The notes under the pieces: generated by a model
Databases searched by the model: none
What the model was told of the DNA's origin: nothing
What the model saw: the letters and a program-made list of their open reading frames with translations, nothing else
In this document: in pieces, positions 25,489-38,660 of the stretch
Layout: each line of letters opens with the position of its first letter
How positions within the stretch are numbered: position 1 is the stretch's first letter
Program-made: the position numbers and the translations under genes
Assembly: GCA_951406725.2 (NCBI GenBank)
Contig: OX597815.1
Span: 130,572,001-130,636,000 of the forward strand
Source of the DNA: Octopus vulgaris
Taxonomy: Eukaryota
Direction: 5' to 3'
Length of the DNA: 64,000 bases

Positions 25489-27485
25489 ATGAAGGTTACG
25501 GAGAGGGTCATAGCCCAACTAATTAGAGAGAGAGTTAGTTTAGATGAGATGCAGTTTGGGTTTGTGCCAGGGAAAAGTACTACTGATGCTATATTCCTGG
25601 TAAGGCAGCTGCAGGAGAAATACCTAGCCAAAGATAAGCCCCTGTACCTGGCTTTTGTTGACATGGAGAAAGCCTTCGACAGGGTCCCCCGATCCCTTAT
25701 CTGGTGGGCAATGAGGAAACTAGGGATAGATGAATGGTTAGTGAGAGCTGTGCGGGCCATGTACAGGGACGCCGCTAGTAGGGTGAGGGTTGGAAATGTG
25801 TACAGTGAAGAATTCCGGGTAGAGGTAGGAGTCCACCAAGGCTCAGTACTCAGCCCCCTCCTATTTATCATAGTCCTCCAGGCAATAACGGAGGAATTCA
25901 AGACAGGATGCCCTTGGGAGCTCCTCTATGCTGATGACCTTGCTCTAATTGCTGAGTCGCTATCAGAACTGGAGGAGAAGTTTCAGGTGTGGAAACAAGG
26001 ATTAGAATCGAAGGGCCTCAGAGTCAATCTAGCTAAAACCAAAGTCGTAATCAGTAGGAAGGTAGACAAATCACAAACACCTTCAGGTAGATGGCCCTGC
26101 TCGATCTGTAGAAAAGGTGTAGGTAGAAACTCTATAAGATGCACCAAGTGTAAGCTATGGACACATAAGAGATGCAGCAATGTCAAAGGAAGGCTAACTA
26201 GGAAGATGGTTTTTGTATGTGGCAGATGCTCAGGAACAATAAACACTGAAAATGCTCTGAGACCAACTTCCGTCACTTTCCAGGGAGAAAAACTAGAAAT
26301 AGTTGATAGTTTCCGTTACCTAGGTGACCAAGTCAGCAGCGGGGGCGGGTGTGCTGAAAGTGTAACTGCTAGAGTAAGAATAGCTTGGGCAAAGTTCAGA
26401 GAGCTCTTACCTCTGCTGGTGACAAAAGGCCTCTCGCACAGAGTGAAAGGCAGACTGTATGATGCGTGTGTACGAACAGCCATGCTACATGGCAGTGAAA
26501 CATGGGCCGTGACTGCTGAGGATATGCGTAAGCTCGCCAGAAATGAAGCCAGTATGCTCCGATGGATGTGTAATGCCGGTACTCACACTCGGCAGAGTGT
26601 AAGTACCTTGAGAGAAAAGCTGGACCTAAGAAGCATCAGTTGTGGTGTGCAAGAGAGACGTTTGCGCTGGTATGGTCATGTGGCGAGAATGGATGAAGAT
26701 AGTTGTGTGAAAAAGTGCCACACCCTAGCGGTTGAGGGAACCTGTGGAAGAGGCAGACCCAGGAAAACCTGGGACGAGGTGGTGAAGCACGACCTTCGAA
26801 CTTTAGGTCTCACTGAGGAAATGACTAGAGACCGAGACCTCTGGAAGTGTGCTGTGCGCGAGAAGACCCGGCAGGACAAGTGAGTCCATAACCCGTGGCC
26901 TTCTACATGGGATGGAGCCAGCCTACATATGCATACCTTCCCTTCTTGGGACACAAAACTCTACTTGTGAAGACGTCATGAGGCAAGTGAGGATCAGAAT
27001 CGAAATCGATCAATGGAAATTGCGGATGTGCTACCAGTGCCGGTGGCATGTCAAAACTCTGCTTGTGAAGACCCGTTGAGGCAAGTGACGATCAGAATCG
27101 AAATCGATCAATGGAAATTGCAGATGTGTTACCAGTGCCGGTGGCATGTAAGAGAACTTTCCGTTTCGCGACCGTTGCCAGCACCGCCCCGTTTCGTGTC
27201 CGTTGCCAGCCTCGCCTGGCCCTCGTGCCGGTGGCACATAAAAAGCACCATCCGTTCGTGGCCGTTTGCCAGCTCTGTCTGGCACCAGTGCGGGTGGCAC
27301 GTAAAAAGCACCCACTACACTCACAGAGTGGTTGGCGTTAGGAAGGGCATCCAGCCGTAGAAACACTGCCAGATTTGACTGGGCCTGATGAAGCCTTCTG
27401 GCTTCACAGACCCCAGTAGAACCGTCCAACCCATGCTAGCATGGAAAACGGACGCTAAACGATGATGATGATGATGATGATGATG
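25489..27485 (+). mobile_element. Young 5'-truncated RTE LINE with uninterrupted 464-aa RT/C-terminal ORF (25489-26883), 3' UTR and (GAT)n tail
   Basis: Motifs QFGF, FVDMEKAFDRV, GVHQGSVLSPLLF, LLYADDL, FRYLG, RRLRWYGHV and RGRPRKTW. No endonuclease domain, consistent with truncation. Confidence 0.95.
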
Positions 27486-28574
27486 TAATTAATTTAGTAA
27501 AAACTAGTCAGCATTTATATCAGCCATGACCTAAGTGGGTTTTTTTTTTACGTAAACACTATTGTCATCATCATCGTCATCATCTGCCTTCCAAGATGGC
27601 ATGGGTTGGATGGTTTGACAGAAGCTGGCTAGGCAGGAGCCTACACCAGACTTCTGTGTCTGTTTTGGCATGGTTGTTACAACTGGATGCCCTTTCTAAC
27701 ACCAACTGTCCAGCAGGGTGGACAGAGGGATTTTTATGTGGCACAAGCACAGATAAGGTCAGTTTTGGCATGGTTTTTGCAGCTTGATGCCCTTCCAAAT
27801 GCCAGTCACTTTACAGTGTGGACTGGATGCTTTTTGTGTAGCGCCAAAAACTGGCAGGGTCGCCAAGTAACATGCAAGACAAAGATCCTTTCAGAGGATT
27901 GGAGGTGGTGATCTTTGAGAGCATCGGATGTGGTGATCTTGTGTGAGATGATGAAAAATGAAAGGTTCAAGTGTGACAGAAAAGCAGAAACGGGTGTCTT
28001 GCTGTAGAGGAGGTACATGGTTACCCGGTTAGAGAGAGCGAGAGAGAGAATGATCAGGAATAAGGGCAGAAACAGGTGTGCTACTGTAAAGGAGATACAT
28101 GGCTATCCAGCCTGAGGGAAGAGCAAGGGAGAGAGAGTGGGAGATAGCAAGAGTGCAGGAGAGAGATGGTGGCATAGTGCCAGGGTATACTCACAAGGAA
28201 TGGGGATCAGAATATAAACGGGATGGTAGGTTGATGGAAGAGCGGAATAGATGGTGGCAAGTATGGAGGTCATAATATAAGTGGTAGGGTATTGCCGAAG
28301 AAGCAGAATGGCCAAAAGTAGTGCAGTGGCTGGTGAAAACCTGGGTATATAGAGGGGTGGGGAATAAGTGATAGCAATGATACAGTTAGCAGGGTTGTGA
28401 GGACAGGATTGGGGTGCAAGTAATAAGGAAAGTGCATGAAAGAGGAAATGTGAGGAAGAAGAGATGTAGTTTGATTTGTTGGGGTAAAGTGTATGGAAGG
28501 TTTTATTGATATGTGTGGGTGGAACATACATCGTTTCTAGAACTCAGTTTCTCTAATGTGGGCAGATCTCCTCA

Positions 28575-30010
28575 GACATCTTGACCCATTGTCATTTCCT
28601 CCATGAGGCCCAACATCCTGAGACTGGTCCTCACCTCTTCGTCTCATGTCTTCCTGGGTCTTCCTCTTCTGCGGCTACCATCCATTTTTAGTGATTGGCA
28701 CTTCTTTATACAGCTATCTTCATTCATGCGCATCACATGTCCAAACCAACATGCTGCATTTAATTCCTCTTTTGCCCAACTTTTCTCTCTACATGTACAC
28801 TGGTGTTGCACATCCAGTGGAGCATATTACCTTCATTTCTCTCTAATCTACACATGTCTTCCGCATCCAGAGCCCATGTCTCTCTACTATGGAGTACAGC
28901 TGTTTGTATACAAGTATCATACAATTTACTTTTCACTTAGAGAGAGAATCCCTTTGTTACCTACAGAGGTAACAGCTCTCTGAACTTCTTCCATCTTATT
29001 CTTATTCTAGAAGCAATACTTTCAGAACATCCTCCACTATTGCTAATTTGGTCACCTAGGTAATAGAAACTATTTACAACCTCAAGAGCACTTCTTGGGC
29101 ATTTGAAAGAATCTAATTCTTGTGTGTCCTTAGTGTATATTGTTCCTGCACATCTGCCACACCCAAAGACAACCTTATCTGTTAAACTTCTTGTGATTCC
29201 ACTGCACCTCTTATGTGTCCAGAGCCTACCAGTGTAGCAAATGGAATTACTTCCAATACCTTTCTTACATAATGAGCAGGTCATTTACCTGATGGAAGGA
29301 GAATTTTATCTGCTTTCTTGCTAACAACAACATTGGTCTCTGCTAGGTTAACTTTAAAGCCCTTTGATTCCAGGTTTTGCTTCCATACCTGAAATTCCAT
29401 CTCAAATTTGGCTACAGATACTACAATAAGAGCAAGGTCATCAGCATATAGTAGTTCTCATGGGTACTCAGTTTTGAATTCCTCTGTTATTGCCTGAAGG
29501 ACTAGGATGAAGAAAAGTGGGCTGAGAACTGAACCTTGGTGAACCCCTACTTGTACATTAAATTCATCACTGTATTTGTGGCCAACTCTCACCTTACTGA
29601 CAGCACCAATGTAGAGCTCTAACAACCCACTCTACTCCTAATTTCCTTAGAGGCCACCAGATAATAGAGCGGAGAACTCTGTAGAAAGCTTTCTCTAGGT
29701 TGACAAAAGCTAAGTGCAATGGCTTACTTTTGGCCAAATACTTTTCCTACAACTGTCTCATTAGGAAAATGCCATCTGTAGTACTCTTCTCTGGTACGAA
29801 ACCAAATTGCATCACATCTTGTTTAATCCTATTCCTAATTAATTGAGCTATAATTCTATAATTTTCATGACCTGATCCAGCAGTTTGATACTTCTGTAGT
29901 TGTTTCTATCTAAGGCATCATCTTTACCCTCTAAGCAACTAACTACAATACTACTACACCAGTCATTGGGGATGGCACTGTCTTGAATAACCTGATTAGC
30001 TACATCGGTG
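28575..30010 (-). mobile_element. Older, diverged RTE LINE fragment
   Basis: CSLCKKGIGSNSI...FYYLGDQIS and an LLYADDL-like segment at ~29430-29460; many disablements. Confidence 0.85.
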
Positions 30011-30264
30011 TCTAGGTAATCCTCATACTTGCAGCATCTGTGGCCTTCTTTGCAAATTGCTGGCAGGACTTAAATGTCACATTAGACATGAGCATTATGA
30101 CTGACAAAGAAAGAGTACGTTGTCGGAGCCTCATATGTCAAAAATGAAACTTGGTATGGTGTCTATGGCTGGAGCAAGTTGTGATTTTCAAGCCTGGTAG
30201 AGAGGGCAGTAATTCCAACTGGAAACTGGCTTAGACTATGAGAACCTCCCCAACACCTATGACA

Positions 30265-31035
30265 TGATATCAAAATGTTCCCGGACTAGTTCTGTAGTGC
30301 ACCAACAGATAGCAGCACACAGTTGTGTGTGCAGTGAGATCTACCAGTGACCTTCATGAGGCAATGTGCTGAGTGACATTGCTGTGTTTACTTCACAAGT
30401 TGTGAAATTTGTGTTTTTGTGATCATGTTAACCCTTTTGTTACCAACCTGGCTGAAATCAGTTCTGACTCTGAGTATTGATGTCTTATTTTCATAAGTTT
30501 GAATTAAAATCTTCCACCAAACCTTAGTCACAATTTATGTTCCTAACACTTGCTGAATGATAGCTAAGTTATTTTACTAGATTCTTTGTTATATTTAAAG
30601 TAATTGAAAGAAGCAGAGAGCATCTCAAAATAAATACAGTAATGAAAGGGTTAATGCTGTAATCTGCAATTTTTGTCTTGAACAGAAAGTTGGAACAAAA
30701 AGCCAATGTGAAATTTTGCATTAAACTTGGGAAGTCTGCTGCAAAGACATTGAGCATGCTTCAGCAAGCTTACAGCGATGAGGCAATGGGTCATAAAAAA
30801 TGTTTCGAGTGGCACGAGTGCTTCCAAAGTGGAAGAATATCCCTGGAAGACCTGCCATGAGTGTCACCACAAGAAATGTGGAGAAAATTCATCAGCTTGT
30901 GCATAAGGATCATCAGAGGACAATTAACAACGTTTTTAAGAATTTGAGGGAGAACATTCTGCAAAAGTGCTCGGATCTGTGGTGCGTGAAGAATTGGTTT
31001 CTTTACAACGACAATGCACCCTGTCACCAAGATCT
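30265..31035 (+). mobile_element. Mariner transposase remnant with internal deletions and a nested piggyBac-type MITE
   Basis: EQKANVKFCIKLGKSAAKTLSMLQQAY...CFEW (mariner HTH) and WFLYNDNAPCH. Confidence 0.8.
30428..30654. mobile_element. piggyBac-type MITE
   Basis: TTAA-CCCTTT...AAAGGG-TTAA; homologous to 37550-37779. Confidence 0.8.
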
Positions 31036-32662
31036 CCTCATTAACAACAGGTGTCTTTCAACTAAGGACAAACTAAATTAAGAGGGCATGTATGGAAGTG
31101 AAGCCTTACAGGCATAGGAAGGAATATATATGTTTAAATGTATATCTGTATATATATCTGAATGTGTATATTCACATACTGAAAAAGATTTAGGTTAAAA
31201 GAAAATAACTTTGAATTACTTAAGCAGTGTTAATTACATGGCTAAATTCAAAGCAGTGAACAGCATAAATATACTGAGGTGATTTGAATAATGATGAGAA
31301 TCATGATAAGAATTCTATTACAATAAAATACCAAAGAATAAAACAGTTTTCATAATATGCATACACACACTCATATGAAGATCTAGACTGAATGAAATGT
31401 AAGTGCTTGGGATATGTACTATTGTAGTACATATCCCCACCTTGCCATTTAGAAAAATGGGTTGACCTAATTGAGATATTTGAAATCAGTGCTTAGATGA
31501 CAAAATGTAGGGCAGAAATGAACTCTTTTTTTTGTCTTTCCCTTTTTTTCTTCCTCTTTCTAACTTTTTCTCTTTTTTCTCTTCATTTTGTTTCTGTTTT
31601 GTTCCTTTTAAAGTGTTATTCAAATTTTGATGTTACAGTAATTAAAATAATTAGATTTGTCAACACTTTTAATCCAGATTTCAACTTTTAAAGAATTTTT
31701 GAGTTTTAACTTGAATTTTGAAATTTCATTCATTTTAAAATCTTTTGATTCAGTCCTATTCCACTGGGTTCTGATTCCAAAACAACTGAAAAGGTGGGGA
31801 TAGGGGAAGAAATCAAATGGGGCTTGGACCAGAGAAGGCATGTCATTGATGAAGTTGCAAATGGCAACAAAAGGACTTTGACGAACCTAGCTGATTGATT
31901 GAACAATTGTTAAATGGTTAACCAATTGGAAAATAAATTATGAAGTGAAATAAAGCCAATGTATGTGTGTGTTTATTAGCACAACAATCTTCCCAAGATA
32001 AAGTAAAAAAATATGAATAAAACTTACCTACCCTGTCTCTTTTAATTTTTCTTCTTCTGTACCAGGGCCAGATCATTGCCAGGGCCACGGATTGGCTCCT
32101 GTGCTGGTGTCACGTGAAAAGCACCATTTGAGCGTAGTTGTTGTCAGTGCCGCTGGAGTGGCTCCTGTGCAGGTATCATGTAAAAAAACACCTTTTGAGT
32201 GTGGTTGTTACCAGAACCACCAGACTGGCCCTCGTGACAGTGGTACGTAATAGCACCCACTACACTCCTGGAGTGATTGGTGTTAGAAAGGGCATCCAGC
32301 TGTAGAAACTTTGCCAGATCAGTTTGTGCTTGGTGCAGCCTCTGGTTCACCAGTCCTTAGTCAAATCATCCAACCCATGCTAGCATGGAAAGCAGACGTT
32401 AAACGATGATGATGTGTTTATTTCATTTTTATTATTTTAGCAACAGCATATCTGTTCTTTCTCAATATGTTCTTGCTCAAATGTGAAGATGCTGATCACT
32501 TGTTTTCTATTATTGGAGACCTTTTTGTTAATAAATCTTCATAAGACACAAGATTCATTGATGTAATGAGACCTTGAGGCACCAGTCCTTGAGACACCAG
32601 TGTATTCACATTCAAATCTACTTGAATGTATTGCAAATAAATGAATATGCCATTGTTTAGAT

Positions 32663-33265
32663 CAGTGGTTCTCGACCATTTTTTGACTATGAACCCCTTT
32701 GATTCCTATTTTATTGTATTGGACCCTTCATAACCATTCAATGCTTTAAAAAATCCCATTTATTTTTACAATTAAATATCATTACATCTCCCTTAGCGAA
32801 GGCAGAGGTATTGTTTACAGTCGTGTTTCTTTGTTTGTGGACAAGATATCTCAAGAACTGCTGGATGGATTTGGATGAAACTTTCAGGGATGTTTGGCCT
32901 CATGACTGGCACAAACTGATTAGATTTTGAAATCGTTATGGTACCGGACAGGGATTCTGGATTATTTTTCTGTTTTTTTTACTTAATTTTTGAGAGTGGT
33001 CAGGTTCATTTTTAGTATTTTCATATGTGAGAGCAGTCGAGTTTATTTCAGATATTCTCATTTTAAAAATCATCTCCGGCTAATCGTTGAGAGGATGTTG
33101 GTGTTGCCTTGGTGGAGGTTTCTCTGAGTGCTCTTGTTGGGAATTATATAAAAAAAAATATTTTGTGTACTATAGGAATATAATCATTTTATTGCACATA
33201 AACGCTAACAACAAAACCTTATGTGGACCCCTAAGGGTCATATGGACCCCAGTTGAGAGCCATTG
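32663..33265. mobile_element. hAT (Charlie/Buster-type) MITE with nested Helentron/DINE-like element (~32781-33137)
   Basis: CAGTGGTTCTCGAC...GTTGAGAGCCATTG with a perfect 8-bp TSD GTTTAGAT. Confidence 0.85.
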
Positions 33266-33346
33266 GTTTAGATTCTTGTTATTCTGTGTGTATTCTTATG
33301 AATCATAAACCATTTTAATCTTTAATTACTTCTTTTATCTCTGCAG

Positions 33347-33466
33347 ATGTTGTCTACTGCATATCTCTGCATCCCTCTGGCCTGAAGATGGCAGTCACCG
33401 GGGGACAAGATGACAAAGCTTATCTGTGGGACATTGAAAATGGAAACATAATTTTGGAATGTAAAG
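33347..33466 (+). CDS. AAMP: AAMP-like, exon 3 (WD40)
   Basis: ctgcag|AT...AAAG|gtac; encodes DVVYCISLHPSGLKMAVTGGQDDKAYLWDIENGNIILECK. Confidence 0.92.
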
Positions 33467-34635
33467 GTACGACAGTTTTACATTATATCTTTTATTTGTT
33501 TCAGTTATCAGACTGACCAGGCTGGGGCACTGCTTTGAAGGGTTTAGCTGAACAAACCAACCCCAGCGCTTAATTTGTTTTGACACTGTTACTTATTCTA
33601 CTGGTCTCTTTGACAAACCGTTACATTATGGGGGACATAAACAAACCTATACTACCAAGCAGTTGGGGGAACAAACAAAGACATATACACAAATATATGT
33701 GTGAAAATCTGTTTGTGTGTATATATGTGTGTGTGTGTATATCATCATCATCATCATCATCATCATTGTCGTTTAACATCTGCTTTCCATGCTGGCATGG
33801 GATGGACAGTTTGATTGAGGACTGGCAAACCAGGAGGCTACCCCAGGTTCCAATCTGATCTGGCAGTGTCTCTACAGATGGATACCTTTCCTAATGCCAA
33901 CCACTCTGAGAGTGTAGTGGGTGCTTTTTATGTGCCACTCGCATGGGAGCCAGTCAGGTGGCACTGGCATCGGCCATGCTCGGATGGTGCTTTTATCATC
34001 ATTAATATCGTTTAACGTCCGCTTTCCATGTTGGCATGGGTTGGACGGTTTGACTGTGGGCTGGCAAACTAGAAGGCTACACCAGGCTCCAATCTGATCT
34101 GGCCCAGTTTCTACAGATGGGCACCCTTTCTAATCCCAGTTACATTTGAATGATGCTTTTATATATGTATTTATATATATATATAATTATCACATCCAAG
34201 CTAAATTGGATCTGTTTAGATTGCCATAAACAGTTGTAAATGTCTAGAGATACAATCTCTGTTGTTTAAGGTGATCTAATCATCATCGTTTAACGTCCGC
34301 TTTCCATGCTGGCATGGGTTGGATGGTTTGACTGAGGACTGGTGAGCCTCTGATCTGATCTGGCAAAGTTTCTACAGCTGGATGCCCTTCCTAACGCCAA
34401 CCACTCTGAAAGTGTAGTGGGTACTTTTATGTGACACGAGCATGAGGGCCAGTGAGGCGGTTCTGGCAACGACCATGCTCACTAGGCTAGAATTTGGGTT
34501 AGATATCATCATCGTCGTTTAACGTCTGCTTTCTATGCTGACATGGTTTGGATGATTTGACTGAGGGCTGGTGAACCAGAAGGCTGCACCAGGCTCCATC
34601 CATACAAACACTGCTAATGTCCCTAACAGTTAATT

Positions 34636-34686
<51 letters not shown>

Positions 34687-35554
34687 TAATCATCATCATC
34701 ATGTAGCAGAGAGGTTGGCATTAGGAAGGGCATCCAGCTGTAGAATTTTTGCCAGATCAGATTGGTACCTGGTGTAGCCTTCTGGCTTGCCAGCCCTCAG
34801 TCAAACCATCCAACCCATGCCAGCATGGAAAGCGGACGTTAAATGATGATGATAATGATGATGATTTCCTTATTGGCACGGGTTAGATGGTTTGATGGGA
34901 ACTGGTAAGCCAGATAGTTGTACCAAGTTCCAGCCTGATTTTAGTTTGGTTTCTATGGCTGGATGCCCTTCCGAACGCTAACCACTCCAAGAGTGTAATG
35001 GGTGTCTTTTATGTGTCACTGACATAGGTGCTTTTACATATCACCATCACCAACTACGATTTCACTTGGCTCGATAAGTCTTCACAAGCACAACAAATAA
35101 CCAAAGGCCTCAACCACTTATCCTTCCGTGTGACCCAACATTCGAAGATCATGCTTCACCACCTCATCCCATATTTTCCTGGGTTTTCCCCTTCCACAGG
35201 TTCCCTCCTTGGTTAGAGATCAGCATCTTTTTATGCAGCTGCCCTCGTCCATATATACATAACACAAGTTCACAAAAAGAACGATTTGAGTTCAAATCCC
35301 ACAGACTATTGGTGTGCTGATGAAAATATCTCTTGTTATTATATTTCATTTTTGAAATCTCGCTGAGGTCAACCTTGATTTTCATCAGTTGTTTATTAGG
35401 ATCGATGGTACCATTGATTAACACCCCATTAAAACTGTTGATCTTATGCCTAAATTAGAAACCATGATTATATTCCATCGTAGTTATCTCCCTTTACACC
35501 TGGTGGCTTGTCGTTCGTCGTCTTCTAAGGTTTTGTTATTAATACATTAATACC

Positions 35555-35935
35555 AGACAAACATGAGTACTCAGAGAGTGCAAACCTCTGCCAAGGCAAC
35601 ACCAACGTTCTCTCAACGATTAGCCAGAGATGATTTTTAAAATGAAAATATCTTAAATAAACTTGACTGGTCTCACAAACGAGAATACTAAAAATGAACC
35701 CGACCGCTCTCAAAAATTAAGTAAAATAAAAAACGGAAAAATAATCCAGAATTCTTGTCCGGTATTTGATCGATCCCAAAGTCTAGTCAGTTTGTGCCAG
35801 TCACGAGGTCAAACATCCCTGAAAGTTTCATTTGAATCCATCCAGTGGTTCTTGTGATATCATGTCCACAAACAAACAAACAAACAAACGCGACTGAAAA
35901 ACAATACCCCCACCTTCGCTAAGGCGGGGGAAATT
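35555..35935 (-). mobile_element. Helentron/DINE-1-like element (second copy of ~32781-33137)
   Basis: Subterminal ccttagcgaaggtgg hairpin, (tttg)n tract and 3' ccttggcagagg motif; reverse-complement homology to the nested copy. Confidence 0.6.
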
Positions 35936-36077
35936 AGTGGGATAGATATAGTTGATTAAATCCTGTGGATAGTTGTGCCCCAGCATGACCAGCGTCCTGT
36001 GACCAAAGCCAATAAAAGAATCACAAAGTATCTTAAAGATATAAAAGTCTTACCATATTATTTTTGTTATATTTCAG

Positions 36078-36217
36078 GACATAAAGACTCAGTGGCAAGT
36101 GTTGCCTTTAGCTTTGATGGTATTTATGTTGCTACAGCTGACCTGAGTGGTCTTATCAAAGTCTGGAAAGTCAGCAGTAGAGAAGAAGTGTGGTCTTTTG
36201 AATGTGATGATATTGAG
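36078..36217 (+). CDS. AAMP: AAMP-like, exon 4 (WD40)
   Basis: tttcag|GA...GAG|gtaggt; encodes [47 protein letters not shown]. Confidence 0.93.
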
Positions 36218-36324
36218 GTAGGTATTACTATCAGAAGAGCATCTCCTTCTGGATCAGATTATGTTTGGTTCTGTTATATAGGCGTGGCTATGTAGTTCAG
36301 AGGCTTGCTTTGCTCTATTTACGT

Positions 36325-36666
36325 CAGAGGTTCTCAACCATCTTTTATCGATGGACCCTCTTTGATTGCTAATTTATTCCGGTAGACCCCCGTAGCCATT
36401 CAATGTTTAAAAACTAGTTTTATAGAATGTTATTTATAAACGTTTTCACACATTAACTTGTGTAGGTTGAACTATGAAAAATATGAGAGAAAGAAACCTA
36501 GCTGTTTCTTGCAATACATACCAATACCTATGTCTAAAGCAAAATTTTTTCAGGGGCTCTTAAAATACTGTTGTTGATCCTCAATTTAATATTTTGTTGT
36601 GTGACCCCCACCAAAGATCTGATGTGGACCCTCAAGGGCAATATGGACCCCGGTTGAGAACCACTG
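36325..36666. mobile_element. hAT MITE inserted into a SINE head
   Basis: CAGAGGTTCTCAACC...GGTTGAGAACCACTG; TSD ATTTACGT/ATCTACAT (6/8 match). Confidence 0.8.
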
Positions 36667-37482
36667 ATCTACATGGTTTTGGGGTCAGTCCTGTTGTGCA
36701 GCACCTTGGGCAGGTGTCTTCTACCCTCACTCTTGGCTGAACAATGCTTTGTGAGTGAATTTGGTAGATGGAAACTGTGTGGAAGCCTGTTTACTATGTG
36801 TGTGCTTCTTTGTCTCTGTTTGCCCCCCCCCCACTCCTACATGACAACTGTTGGTTTTGTTTTCATACCCATAACTTAGCACTCTTACAAATGAGACCGA
36901 TATGATAACTAATAAACTTTTAAAAATTAAGTCCTGGGGGGTTATTTTTTCAACCAAAACCATTGAAGGTGATGCTCCAACATGGCCTCAGTCCAATGAC
37001 TGAAGCAAATAACAAATAAAAGTAAAGAAGATAACAATTATATAATGAAAAAAAAAGAACCTCCCCCTCAAAATAAAAAAAAGAAACCAAAAGGACCATT
37101 GTTTTGGTCGCCTGAAAGGTGAATGTGTGAAATTCTCTCTCATTTAGCTTTGTATCATTATGTATTTATGGTAAATTACATGCAGAGAAAAAATGTACAA
37201 AAGTTTTATTCATTTGTACATGTATTTCATCTTTTAAACAAAATAATATTATTTTCCTTTCCATCTTCTTATCCATTAATTAGTAATTATTGTTGCCTTC
37301 CTTCGAATTCATTAATTACAAATATTTTCTGTTATCCTGTGTCATCAGTAAGAGTTTAATTACTTCCCTTCGTATACCATATGCATATTGCACTGATCAT
37401 TTCTTACAGATATTTGAATGTTATAAGTATGTGAATTATACCATCACTTGGTAGTTTCAAAATATACATCTATGCATTTCTG

Positions 37483-37926
37483 TTAACCCTTTTGATGCCA
37501 ATCCATGTGAGTTCCTCCACCCCTAGTATTATGATACAAACTTCGTATTTTAACCCTTTTGATACCAACCTGCCTGAAACTGCATCTGGCTCTCTAGTAC
37601 AAATGTCTTGTTTTCAAAAGTTCTGAATTAAAATTTTCCACGACACCTTAGTCACAATTTATGTTCCTAAAACTAACTTAATGATAACTAAGTTATTTTA
37701 CTAAATTATTTGTTATATTTAAAATTAATTGAAAGAAACACCGAGCATCTCAATAGAAATAAGGTAACAAAAGGGTTAAAAGTGATCTAACTAACTTTTC
37801 ATCAAAAATTTCATGTCAACTATGTTCCAAACTCCAGCTTAATAGTGGCATATTCATTTTACTAAATTCTTAATTATTTTAAAACTTAATTAAAATAAAG
37901 GTAATGTATTACAATAGAAGGGTTAA
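37483..37926. mobile_element. Nested piggyBac-type MITEs (inner 37550-37779 inside a related outer element)
   Basis: Two TTAA-CCCTTT starts and two AAGGG-TTAA ends in nested order. Confidence 0.8.
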
Positions 37927-38515
37927 CTGAACTCTATTTCCTTTTTGTTATGACATTTCAAGACATGTATCTTCACCTTTCTTCTTTATTTTGTAGCTTG
38001 CACACCTCATGTAATATTTTTGGCATAAATCTAAAATATAATTATGAAGTATTTTATTAAATTTCCTAGACATAAATTTATAATATTCTACTTTCTGCAG
38101 TTTGATACAGTGTTGAATGAATGAATATATCACTTAACCAAGGTATAAATCTATCCCAGGTCTTTCAAGTTTTTGTTACCATATTTCTGTTGAAACACAT
38201 TGACTCTCATTTGTTAATTTTGAAAATAATGAATTTTAGAAAATAACTCTCATTCTTAAGCTGATGTTTTGGAATGTAAATTATCTTCAAATTTTGATGG
38301 AAGGTTTCAATTGAGATAATTTTAAAAAAGAGTTTGTGGCATAGAACCAGGGGCACTCTAAGGTAGGTTGGGTATTAAAAGAGGATTAAAAAAAAACTAT
38401 ACTGAGCATACATTAGGGCATAATGCAGATCCTAATCAGATCTTGTGCAACATGGAACATGGATGTTAAATGATGATGATGATATATATATATTTCATTT
38501 TTTCTTTTTCTTCAG

Positions 38516-38660
38516 TGGATCCAATGGCATTCCCATGCTCATGTGTTGCTTGCTGGAACTGCAACTGGCCAAATTTGGATGTGGAAGATACCATCTGGAG
38601 ACTGTAAGACTTTCACTGGCCCCAACAGTACAGTAACATGTGGAAGAATATTACCTGATG
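38516..38660 (+). CDS. AAMP: AAMP-like, exon 5 (WD40)
   Basis: ttcag|TGG...GATG|gtgtgt; encodes WIQWHSHAHVLLAGTATGQIWMWKIPSGDCKTFTGPNSTVTCGRILPD. Confidence 0.93.

Noticed and set aside
25489-26883. Host gene or autonomous active LINE
   Set aside because: The ORF begins mid-RT at a 5' truncation and lacks the endonuclease, so the ATG is fortuitous.
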